DNA of 64,000 nt, from IMG/VR virus record IMGVR_UViG_3300045988_057942. One strand, written 5' to 3'. Position 1 is the first letter of the stretch, and the number at the start of each line of letters is the position of its first letter. The position numbers and the translations under genes were made by a program. The notes under the pieces are model-generated. The model was not told the DNA's origin and did no database searches. It was given only the letters and a program-made list of their open reading frames with translations. Positions 52,701 through 57,279 of this stretch are shown one piece after another. The DNA is from a virus.

Positions 52701-52938
52701 TGGTACTACTGCTATGGCTGCTAGATTTCTTATTGAAGAAGACTTTACTGAGGAATATACTACTGGTAGATATAAAGGTATGAATAAGTTTGAAGTTATG
52801 GCTGTTCGTAATATACCTGTTGTTCGTAGTATTAATCGAGTTCTTGATTTACCAAATAATAATAGTTATTATAAACTTGATGAAAATATACTTAGTATTA
52901 TACCTTATAAAGATATAGCTAAAGATATATTTGAATAA
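40726..52938 (+). CDS. Giant 4070-aa protein, candidate virion-packaged multisubunit-like RNA polymerase of crAss-like phages (DFDVD metal-binding-type motif at ~aa 1430).
   Basis: 'GYRIPTEGKQS...VVPDEWVTQTGSDFDVDSVYG' resembles the DxDxD of RNAP beta' double-psi beta-barrels. Giant proteins with this motif are typical of Crassvirales. Carries 4-5 GC-rich repeat copies. Confidence 0.8.
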   Translation: MSCGNIKLVGYNNLNNVIIKEHGSNNADYYSLIAMVEDPIFKKIVADKGINVKTSGRQAYNALLEARAIKLRNMDDIASVAEKEERGLFSTIKARDTAITYMADIMNKLSFNFLYNGAPLNFNEIKKRTNETVINAGLKRAKKLAGSDETRNNELNSFINNPNPAIKINGLGAFLRKYGNAQDFNYGALLRSLTNTEFNEALFNNKNVAKLIKRDELYQTTDYEELGGYLDETFTEGDENSIDDGIDLMTQLWNLSIGEVKDFNKHVEEIIKYHLASLPKLTAASQLDNGSYPFDTNNELGVVTFSDANYLSKILYASADTSNVDNFIASLKRISETIPNCECLIQLHDLLSKNKVFANKYMMVFNKPIISKIETYIQTDSNGNSYVRARVTNPNTDSRTILQNTFYNNVKNNIITNRVPSAREKFRIYDRYKNTPHANLYLYDAFKEIFPDINQASFNLAIAKIGRIAMANNLINFANVINRTVENYNKYVEALKKDKRTKMPDSFINRGDTSIIYQMADVFKDIIYIPVELNSRNPEGNLSSDVINRSFITNIAKIINDDKSTVEEQNAMVEAYAKQKFASHQYDYSNLLLEHRDSNGNIINYGLFRRVGNGTPKLTEYARSMFKTSLLNGISELDNNNNDLYRSMSDGDYLITAMGLFMTDINNSETPTANYLLPIPSDAPKNFTITAPRYSLAGLRSQLEDGTKIINREHPLFKQYYNIVIQELTNMAQAVNVMFKTNANGNPILTNGDFEFSDTYNNKPEHFYNQYHKDGKDNVFTTKDGHKVLAGRVFSFKRLASKITPNSNGAFNELIGYGKTIDILYGGSTRGLSYVNNQVVLNAEQRIALEDAVADWLNEYITNGYKELKNKYGTFIDDRINNESLAEFLVNDYLVRDSMYDMYGGDQSFYKNGQAILKRIKEVQASGNPFGNTDFTKNDLDIATNLYDVTINGNAITVPYTVNGVVKRKKVVLQDKFRGVTIYNTFKSSDKVVIDRLDDQLKKAGLDKKDRERILEPFKGGVNANDAQSYITLEEWIRRITAAGELDKYAGLIQSLTDDTPIDKIDWNKFANKVQIQKNFYYDLYYDTTVGIEVPRQVKNAEFVLIPKLIKGTELEKVYNIMTNRGIHQLNTVETVKVAQHNRMTLWNNDGVLTDKALKEFDDNVFDNSELFSYNYLYRQQEVPQHMVDASNKAAIQIMKKMLDNLPNKPELNDLKNKVFNNYVANIRNSFEKTCAELGIGLDDNGHIDLNSNGTIKNLNRFVFFDRFKENAQQQGVEKAFLEFFDLDSAGFNNLPLFLSNINSKLESIANSYFNTNITRQLISGWHAAQLSDFGFKVDKQTQTDSKLQYKKIGEVDGTPVYYTEIKLPRWSSKLKGLNIEQVPDSLRTMIGYRIPTEGKQSICIMYVKEFLPDAYGSTVVVPDEWVTQTGSDFDVDSVYGMSKTFNLVKGVPTEITHARYTKDEVGYINYVKDNVDKASRKILGKTYNKQGNIRASLKNSEDAINATLEGYNGNLKVVEKIANDGGLKSYESYLKLPVEDTSSQAARTNAIIQSFIDILNNPAAFEENTTTSNFENVKEANETYAEIVGANKTTVAPSDFFTQLDWFDAATSGIKLKGISVNRDTFMSIGNVTKANHSEGIKVMYTTDVISEQEAVNRYGKENVETIGNKHIRITHKNFGWSGDDKNVDGYLINPYSSQTTAHILDVMKEGAIHNENTYTFNAFKTIVDFGSNYDTAIGFMWQPAIDILVRKWKETNSVLAEGTKNPLTEAIREVAHNLGFGEKVNFAGRKKLIDIINESYGETFKKLFNLSVSEAFSSPNLIFSSDAYKSRLRGEMNGVQQALFDLYVLAQFNRLNSIGQDISNNLNILSADKYGAKQSFYASDKVFRDARTVIENSNIYAPSSTGGQTLLLESVFPDISGGIDAFIKSDISKSSYPSLAAFLQMSTALSVKATQQVFETANPVFIDYVYRIAEWTKGGIMTEKLYNDYKDYLINKLEVGNNGSSYLNLPVTVVNGDFVHPKYIKEYGTGQSRALEVGRVSGTLVNIKTDDVVVKNIFEPTQTEIDVFARLTPAQKVDWIKRNFSQDGSIFAHIEIVANDERNNRRNVNIQYINYIQGDITNDEAHRLFDRAWNHPNPLIKLAALDLVKYAFIVEGHKFRTRNISRLISNTPLRGLSDNGIAIGDIAMKGINNYGFIDKDNVEDIIGFIRKNYNSFNCPSYTFKRLTNNKINYSLKRSGIITFNGQENLDNVGIIRNGDAVNVIRINKNLYIKGTYDGTLAYYPIDRLESFETYNSIEPSIIANNNIHKPLAVLLYEGLTQQEKRDKFIDGIKDNINEAINKGYKEVPELYGKYISDEYFQPFMNTPFENNTIYTINDKFYLNINGTTAINLSDDLQQYKAKYPNIEDSKLGLFIEINENEIDRVTSNTDRYSSVDDQTPIGRFAKNASLIISRAVRHGQPAAQNVLNALNNAEINYLDSSSLSDNSEFSLSVIANYIDVEANNILNDINRFIKIDGIDKPINDKDVIGKVLKDEQLQNRFLDVILSANTFKNKYKLISEIDIDSTNLDDKTKENIRKIQKLVNQVDSNTTVHSARKDWFERWIQLRTTNPNYISGLMKEFDAYGDTGFMDYWIQDIRANRNFVLQNILKDVMGTVEEGRLNGIKEANDFRNYLKELKSRATKDGKSVSLDSIIDDDGRLIQPNNPIWEEKIKKYRDAAIEAEQKFGINSVEHLIALSNKAKFIDMTTIHQLKPITVQDEDGNDVTIEYSTYIINLERSLLGLKKGDDGIPKEFAEYKRLNGRIRDILSQATDNVTTQSQDEELGRIYAQMDSLTSLYDEDGNKKIGHDLNVAERLRAYQTNIRKVKEMFYDKQAKEGFDSKLKEQLSIISKYESQRDANGNLLISMEELMKVPEYREAKEWIRKNTRYILDIKDIEDLNWAFEELKDANKGNSVLNLAIREFQAKDEFNVVDGRKIPEERAALIKAETVRKYKYTKGNGIPYVGIIRSAEDELRIYRADFYNYLTGNKSKSEEEINVGEAINKILEKYFDNATRTLNTADISQEDLEQLKTGFEVFNEITRGEKSVDKAKAKRVAEFIESECDVTYNWKQYELDKNRAFAKGKKYYDKWLEVFSEQVEENGTIAERPNRTIYGIIKPKDLDKWTDIDKTAAINILQKRTRETTTQYYYIKEKEVLDKYGIDSPEYKQWYRDNHYFDPYTRTIKPIRIWTTMQMIKDDGSAVVGNYEPRINQMHITPKEELINPEYSSFVNKYKVGTGYDNPNYTNLNEYQLELMNKVNELMKKYCFTNSNKRYVDMGYLPALPKSKDMTVKDYFEQALSFLGWTANVPNNTSWRNNEDLTFDKDYDIPNPRLVQLVNKDTQQLPTIPKFKEPNESDEEFSKRKAAAIKARDEIIEKNNKIHNDILNRNWEEVFNSFLIESNRYNAIKTVKNLLYTADQIITSNTAYDINYKGSISENREASAGGEIEYKQEKQTRTSEHLRSFIRRLVFEQYKDNKIPNLVKLGSLAQNIAGSKYMMMNITGGIANVLTGSSNIFMERAAGEYINLKDWEAGKSEWIKGTVSYMANMYSENSSTLQDAIIKLSHVVDFDRVTEVSTAEGLKENIRRVRGLLFSPQSVGEHYMQNVMLFAMLKSHRLVDNGRGGYDIMSKEMYHRKAEQDALMSVINTPRGGENQALLEQFNKFMDEAKADNKKRAKYNLFKANPIFDFVKTYLNEEQQREYIAKRKELIKNIDKEFAKLPDIYNQFELKDGIAQIKSDSKLTLKEYAKFIDKVREVNKKVHGVYDKLGSANIEQHWWGGTVMQYHKHLYPGFKKRYRWNGYYNETLGTIEKGSYTSLYDYLTIPFKETNVGEINNVSDVLKAFQTYGKNLLSFAVNFKLNYELLPEHEKANIRRNLGDLLYVGAAIIGAIAITGIGGDDDESIMYNLMLYHADRLASEAASFTPFGAYAEGKKLWSSPVAIGQTINDLLGTTAMAARFLIEEDFTEEYTTGRYKGMNKFEVMAVRNIPVVRSINRVLDLPNNNSYYKLDENILSIIPYKDIAKDIFE
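43201..43223 (+). repeat. GC-rich repeat copy (catcctctacggggggtctacac), in-frame in 40726-52938 (ILYGGSTR), in a third frame.
   Basis: Core match. Shares the 'gtctacac' tail with copy 2139. Confidence 0.9.
45333..45349 (-). repeat. GC-rich repeat copy, reverse (actccccgtggaggata), in-frame (LPVEDT).
   Basis: Core reverse complement. Confidence 0.85.
46435..46453 (+). repeat. GC-rich repeat copy (ccatcctctacggggggtc), in-frame (APSSTGGQ).
   Basis: Core match. Confidence 0.9.
47242..47263 (-). repeat. Degenerate reverse copy (actccccttagaggattgagcg), in-frame (TPLRGLS).
   Basis: 16 of 18 core match plus 'tgagcg' tail as in copy 54082. Confidence 0.45.
51793..51807 (-). repeat. GC-rich repeat copy, reverse (actccccgtggagga), in-frame (TPRGG).
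   Basis: Core reverse complement, truncated. Confidence 0.75.
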
Positions 52939-52964
52939 GCTGGACTTGAACCTAGTAAAAAATA

Positions 52965-53010
52965 AGGGCTTGCCTATGGTATCACTACCTAGACAAGCCC
53001 TATTTGTTTT
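52965..53010. terminator. Bidirectional rho-independent terminator between convergent modules: stem agggcttg / caagccct, followed by atttgtttt on the '+' strand and a T-run on the '-' strand.
   Basis: Seen directly. Located between the stop of 40726-52938 (+) and the stop of 53023-53577 (-). Confidence 0.75.
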
Positions 53011-53022
53011 AACATTAATAAC

Positions 53023-53577
53023 TCAATCATCAAGAATAATACGTTTTTTATCATCAAGAAAACCAACCATACCATCATATTTATCATGATAAATCTTAAT
53101 AAAATCAGTCATACTACCTCTAAATATATAATTATGATTAACAACATAAGTAGATTTTTTAGTAGTATTAATAATTACTTGTTCGTTATAAAGTTCATTT
53201 AAAGCAATATAAAAAGTTTTTGAATCAATATGAGCATAATTCGTTATATCACTTTCAGTAAAAGTAATTTTATTACTACACCATTTAATATTATTACAAA
53301 TATAACTAATAATAGCAATACTACCTTTATTAAGTTTAATAAGTTTAGAACTTAATTCATTACCAAATGTAACATATTCACGATTAGTAATAGTTTTCTT
53401 TGTAAGTTTAAAAACAGTATTAAGTGTTGCTAGACTATCAGTAATTTCTCTATCCTCTGTTGTAACTTCAATATTATACACAGTAGGAGCAATATTTTTA
53501 GCAACTTCATTAGCTCTTTTAGAATATATATCTCTAACCTTTTTAAGAGCTTTACTATCAAATGTAACTCTAGTCAT
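53023..53577 (-). CDS. Hypothetical protein, 184 aa. First gene of the '-'-strand module.
   Basis: ORF. Confidence 0.7.
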   Translation of the reverse strand: MTRVTFDSKALKKVRDIYSKRANEVAKNIAPTVYNIEVTTEDREITDSLATLNTVFKLTKKTITNREYVTFGNELSSKLIKLNKGSIAIISYICNNIKWCSNKITFTESDITNYAHIDSKTFYIALNELYNEQVIINTTKKSTYVVNHNYIFRGSMTDFIKIYHDKYDGMVGFLDDKKRIILDD

Positions 53578-53726
53578 AAAAACAATATTATTTAGATTAT
53601 CAGTATGACAAATATAAATATTATGTAGGAAAAAACGGAATGATTAATGTTAAAAAAGTGTAACTATCTTCCAATTTTCGGAAGTAAATATTTTTGTAAT
53701 TAATTGATAATCAAGATATTACAAGC

Positions 53727-53754
53727 GTTCTTCTATCTATATAGATAGAAGAAC
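53727..53754. promoter_or_regulatory. Perfect 28-bp palindrome gTTCTTCTATCTATATAGATAGAAGAAc. Candidate operator.
   Basis: Seen directly in the intergenic region between 53577 and 53787. Confidence 0.5.
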
Positions 53755-53786
53755 AGATAGAATCAATATTTACTATTAGCAATATC

Positions 53787-53969
53787 TTAATTAAAACCAT
53801 CATCATTATTACCAATAACACACATAAGAATAACAAAAACTATAATACCAATAACAAATAGTTTTCCACTATACTTATCCATAGCTTCACTATCACTAAT
53901 ATTATTAGCAACTGCCAATAGTTTAACACCACCAAATATAATTCCAAGAAGAACAATAAATGCAACCAT
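53787..53969 (-). CDS. Small membrane protein, 60 aa, with two hydrophobic helices.
   Basis: MVAFIVLLGIIFGGVKLLAV...LFVIGIIVFVILMCVIG. Confidence 0.5.
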   Translation of the reverse strand: MVAFIVLLGIIFGGVKLLAVANNISDSEAMDKYSGKLFVIGIIVFVILMCVIGNNDDGFN

Positions 53970-54081
53970 AATTATAATATATTTAAGTTTAACAATAAGA
54001 TAAAAATAAACCTCAGTAGTAAGACTAGCTTATCTACCGAGGTTTCAGTCATGCCAACGACTATAAGTTTAAGGATTAGTA

Positions 54082-54123
54082 GAACGCTCCGCTTCGCTAC
54101 GCTCAACTCCCCGTGGAGGATGG
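54082..54123 (-). repeat. Extended reverse copy (gaacgctccgcttcgctacgctcaactccccgtggaggatgg). Left arm of the intergenic inverted pair.
   Basis: rc = ccatcctccacggggagt + tgagcgtagcgaagcggagcgttc. Confidence 0.9.
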
Positions 54124-54200
54124 AATAGACTAGTATTCATTCAATCAATATAATCATTATTATTAATAACTATACTAATATTACTAGCATAACTACTATT

Positions 54201-54252
54201 CCATCCTCTACGGGGAGTATAGCGAAGAGTGCGTAGCACTCGTAGCGGTTCC
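54201..54252 (+). repeat. Extended forward copy (ccatcctctacggggagtatagcgaagagtgcgtagcactcgtagcggttcc). Right arm of the inverted pair. The pair encloses a 77-bp AT-rich core (MITE-like unit 54082-54252).
   Basis: Seen directly. Confidence 0.9.
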
Positions 54253-54335
54253 AAGCTAATCATTAAATTTAATAAAGCCAGCTCTATTAGAGCCAGCTTT
54301 ACGTATAACATATAAACCATTAGCATTAATACTAT

Positions 54336-54785
54336 TTACTTCTTTAGTCCATATTTAGCCCATTGAAGAACAAATCCAAGACCTTCCCAAATTTTATCTT
54401 CAGCTTTAATTCGAGCGTAATTAGCACCAACATTTAAATCAAAGTTTTCAGGTTTTACACAAGCTGCTTGACCATGAACTTCAAATCCAGTAAGACAAGT
54501 AAGAGTAGTATTAGTTGTTTTAGTACCAACTTTTACATTTTCAATACCTTTAATAAATCTTTTAATATCATTTTCTTTAAGAACATCTCCAGCAGGGTCT
54601 TCAAGTTTATAATAAGCTTTCTCAAACTCTTTAGCAGGACTCCAAGATTTATATCCATCTGGATAAGTTACTTCATAACCCATATCGTCAGGATGAGCAT
54701 TACCAATTTTATAACCTGCACTCAAAGCCATAGAAGCTCTCATAGGAGTAGCTTCAATCATTTTAACTCCAATAAATTTAGCCAT
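54336..54785 (-). CDS. Hypothetical protein, 149 aa.
   Basis: ORF. Confidence 0.7.
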   Translation of the reverse strand: MAKFIGVKMIEATPMRASMALSAGYKIGNAHPDDMGYEVTYPDGYKSWSPAKEFEKAYYKLEDPAGDVLKENDIKRFIKGIENVKVGTKTTNTTLTCLTGFEVHGQAACVKPENFDLNVGANYARIKAEDKIWEGLGFVLQWAKYGLKK

Positions 54786-54804
54786 AATTTTAAAATTTAA
54801 TTAT

Positions 54805-54954
54805 TTATTTAATAGTAGTAGTAATTATTACAAATCTATCATCTACCGGTTCAACATCAATAGCCTGAAATTCTTTATATTCAGTATCTTCAACTAAAAC
54901 AAGTTTATCTTCATCAAATTGTTGAAGTTTATCTATAAGTTCTTTAACTGTCAT
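54805..54954 (-). CDS. Small ORF (49 aa, MTVKELIDKLQQFDEDKLVLVED...), not in the track. Paralogue of the next small ORF.
   Basis: Found by reading the '-' strand in a gap between track ORFs. N-terminus is shared with the neighbour. Confidence 0.4.
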   Translation of the reverse strand: MTVKELIDKLQQFDEDKLVLVEDTEYKEFQAIDVEPVDDRFVIITTTIK

Positions 54955-54969
54955 AGCTTTAAAATTTAA

Positions 54970-55092
54970 TTAATCACTAACTATTATAACTTCTCCACAA
55001 TTATTACTATAATCACATACTTCATCAATAGAATTAATATCACCATTATAATCAATATATACTATTGATCCTTCATCGCAAGTTTTAAGCAT
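54970..55092 (-). CDS. Small paralogous ORF. Homology starts at 'TTVKELIEMLKTCDEGS...' (55113), where ACG replaces ATG. First in-frame ATG is at 55092.
   Basis: rc of 54970-55113 reads 'TTVKELIEMLKTCDEGSIVYIDYNGDINSIDEVCDYSNNCGEVIIVSD*'. Confidence 0.3.
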   Translation of the reverse strand: MLKTCDEGSIVYIDYNGDINSIDEVCDYSNNCGEVIIVSD

Positions 55093-55119
55093 TTCTATAA
55101 GTTCTTTAACTGTCGTAGT

Positions 55120-55398
55120 TTATTCTTTTTCAAGTTTGTTAATAATATCTTTAATATAATCACTAGGAAAACTACCTTCAAGTCGAGCTAATTCTTTTCT
55201 TTTATAATCATTATCGACTTTAGTAATAACAGTAGTAGGAAATTTAGTAATTTCTTTTCTTAGAATATCATCTAGATTTGTATTACGAATATTAAGAGTA
55301 ATATCACAATTAGCTTCATTAATAGCATCAGTTATATTTTTAATTGCTATTTTACAAGCATCACAACCATCTCTAGTAAAACAATCAATACGTATCAT
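55120..55398 (-). CDS. Thioredoxin-fold (glutaredoxin/NrdH-like) protein, 92 aa.
   Basis: N-terminal 'CFTRDGCDACK' CxxC-type motif. Size and position next to nucleotide-metabolism genes. Confidence 0.5.
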   Translation of the reverse strand: MIRIDCFTRDGCDACKIAIKNITDAINEANCDITLNIRNTNLDDILRKEITKFPTTVITKVDNDYKRKELARLEGSFPSDYIKDIINKLEKE

Positions 55399-55988
55399 AA
55401 CACAATAGCATTATTTTTAACAGCTTCTTTAATAGTATTAGGAACTCTAAGAAGAGTATTCTTAATCATTTCAGTAGTAAGACTATCAGAATATACATAA
55501 GTAGCATAAGTTCTCCAACTATCTTTAATCACAATAGCAAACTTATTCGGATTATCAATATTAGTTTGAATATATTCTACTTTAGTATTCTGATATTTCC
55601 ACATCCAAGCAATAGCATCAGCACATTTAGCACGAGTTATACAATCATGTTCATCAATAAACGCTTCAACAAATATATTATTTGTTTGTCTTGTAGGTTC
55701 ATCTCCAGTAAGATAATTAATATCATTACGAAGTTCTTCCCAAGTAACAGAATTACTATATCGTTTATATTCTGTATCATCTCGATATATAATACAAGTA
55801 GGATATTCAGTAATATTCTTACCAGCAACAGCCTTTTCAAGTATCATATCTTCAAGAATAAGATGGTCAGGAAGATTTTTAAAATTACATTGAACATTAG
55901 TACCAAATAAAGCTATATCAATAGCTTCTCGCATAGCTTCTGTTTTATCTTTATCAGCACTTTTATAATAAAATTCAATTTTAACCAT
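55395..55988 (-). CDS. Hypothetical protein, 197 aa.
   Basis: ORF whose stop overlaps the downstream start. Confidence 0.7.
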   Translation of the reverse strand: MVKIEFYYKSADKDKTEAMREAIDIALFGTNVQCNFKNLPDHLILEDMILEKAVAGKNITEYPTCIIYRDDTEYKRYSNSVTWEELRNDINYLTGDEPTRQTNNIFVEAFIDEHDCITRAKCADAIAWMWKYQNTKVEYIQTNIDNPNKFAIVIKDSWRTYATYVYSDSLTTEMIKNTLLRVPNTIKEAVKNNAIVL

Positions 55989-56057
55989 AGTATTCGTATA
56001 ATATAATGAGAATTTATAAAATTAGCTATTTTAAAGCCCTACATTGAATGATATTCA

Positions 56058-56123
56058 TATCGTGATAGATTAATCACAATGATAATTAAAATTCAATATA
56101 AGGCAAAAGAATTATATCTATGA
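56058..56123 (-). promoter_or_regulatory. Conserved ~66-bp non-coding element, copy A (TATCGTGATAGATTAATCA-N3-TGATA...AAAATTcAATA.A.GGCAAAAGAAT...TCTA.GA). Candidate promoter/operator for gene 55395-55988.
   Basis: ~85% identical to 61976-62042. Contains the palindromic GATTAATC core with flanking TGATA half-sites. Confidence 0.55.
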
Positions 56124-56387
56124 CTATTCTAACAGCTTGCGAAGATACCTCCGAAAAGTGTAATCACTTTGTAAACCACGTAGAACATAACCATTACAGT
56201 AAGCAGCAGGAGCATCACTAATACCAATACTACGCGCTTCTTGTCTACCAGTATCAGTATATAGATTATGCCTAATAAGATTAAACCTACCGGCAAACTC
56301 AGGTAGAGCAAGAGCTTTGTGAAGCCTTTCTTCAAAAAGTTTACTAACATTACAATCAGGTAAATAAAACAAGATTAACTTTTTCAT
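56124..56387 (-). CDS. Glutaredoxin-like thioredoxin-fold protein, 87 aa. Monothiol.
   Basis: 'KLILFYLPDCNVSKLFEE' resembles the Grx N-terminal active-site region. Confidence 0.45.
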   Translation of the reverse strand: MKKLILFYLPDCNVSKLFEERLHKALALPEFAGRFNLIRHNLYTDTGRQEARSIGISDAPAAYCNGYVLRGLQSDYTFRRYLRKLLE

Positions 56388-56600
56388 AGATAAACTTCAT
56401 TACCTTCAACTTTAGCATCACTAAAATGACTTTTAAAACTTTCAACACTTCTACACCATAAAGGTTCAAGTCCATTAAGTTTATAAATAACAGCAGGAAT
56501 CCATTCACCTGTATCTGGATGTTTCATTTTAGTAATACTAATAATTATATATTCATTAGACGTTTTATTATGAATATAACGAGCACCAACTTTAAGCTTT
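56384..56600 (-). CDS. DUF1653-like small protein. The track ORF extends to 56701, overlapping dUTPase, so the true start is probably internal.
   Basis: 'GARYIHNKTSNEYIIISITKMKHPDTGEWIPAVIYKLNGLEPLWCRSVESF' fits the DUF1653 pattern G.Y.H.K...Y.V....H..T.E..V.Y..L......W.R....F. Confidence 0.45.
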
Positions 56601-57260
56601 AGCTGCGCCGCCTGTTCCTTTTCCAAATCCTTTGTTTCCACGTTCAGTTTCACCAAGTTCTTCAATAGAATTAACTTCTTTCCAAGTAATACGTTGAGCA
56701 CTATTAATAATTAATTGTGCACATCTATCTTCTCCATTACAATCATAAGGAGGAATAGAAACTTTAGCAAGAATATTAGTCATTGTAGTTCTAACACTAT
56801 TAAGTTTAAGTCTAGAATTACCTACCATACTATCAGGTAAATGCATATGTTGTCTAAGTTTATCAACTACTTCAACAAGGTCAGATACAGCATGAATTAA
56901 ATCTCTAGAAGTACGATTCTTAAAAATAATAAGAAGTTCTCCACGATAACCCCAATCAAGAGTACCAGGTGTATTTGGCATATAAAAATCAGATTTAGTA
57001 AGATTACTTCTAGGACGGAGAGCCATTTCGTTAGGATTACCATCATCATCATTACCAATAGCAAATGCTAAACCAGTATGATATATAAATCTATCTTTAG
57101 TATTATCATATTCACAGTGTATAGGATAAATATCCATACAAGCATCACCTTCTTTACCATAAACAGGTAAAATAGGTTGAACATTACAATACTGTTCTAC
57201 ATCTACAACATCTCCACTAAGAAGTTGAATTTCTTTTAGCTTAAATACTTTTATTTCCAT
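56592..57260 (-). CDS. dut: dUTP diphosphatase (dUTPase) with an insertion.
   Basis: Motifs 'LRPRSNLTKS', 'DWGYRGEL', 'RCAQLII' and C-terminal 'ERGNKGFGKGTGG' correspond to dUTPase motifs 2-5. Confidence 0.65.
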   Translation of the reverse strand: MEIKVFKLKEIQLLSGDVVDVEQYCNVQPILPVYGKEGDACMDIYPIHCEYDNTKDRFIYHTGLAFAIGNDDDGNPNEMALRPRSNLTKSDFYMPNTPGTLDWGYRGELLIIFKNRTSRDLIHAVSDLVEVVDKLRQHMHLPDSMVGNSRLKLNSVRTTMTNILAKVSIPPYDCNGEDRCAQLIINSAQRITWKEVNSIEELGETERGNKGFGKGTGGAAKA

Positions 57261-57279
57261 ATATAATTAAATTATTAAA

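Noticed and set aside
54082-54252. Bacteroides-style invertible promoter (inverton) as the explanation for the inverted pair
   Set aside because: This is not rejected outright, but no serine or tyrosine recombinase gene is present in the window and the same inverted repeat occurs as solo copies inside ORFs. That fits a transposon-end or MITE origin better than a dedicated invertase site. It is kept as an alternative in the findings.
53970-54335. Protein-coding potential in the 365-bp gap
   Set aside because: The only ORF is the repeat-derived artefact. The region is dominated by inverted repeats and hairpins and is better explained as non-coding or mobile-element DNA.
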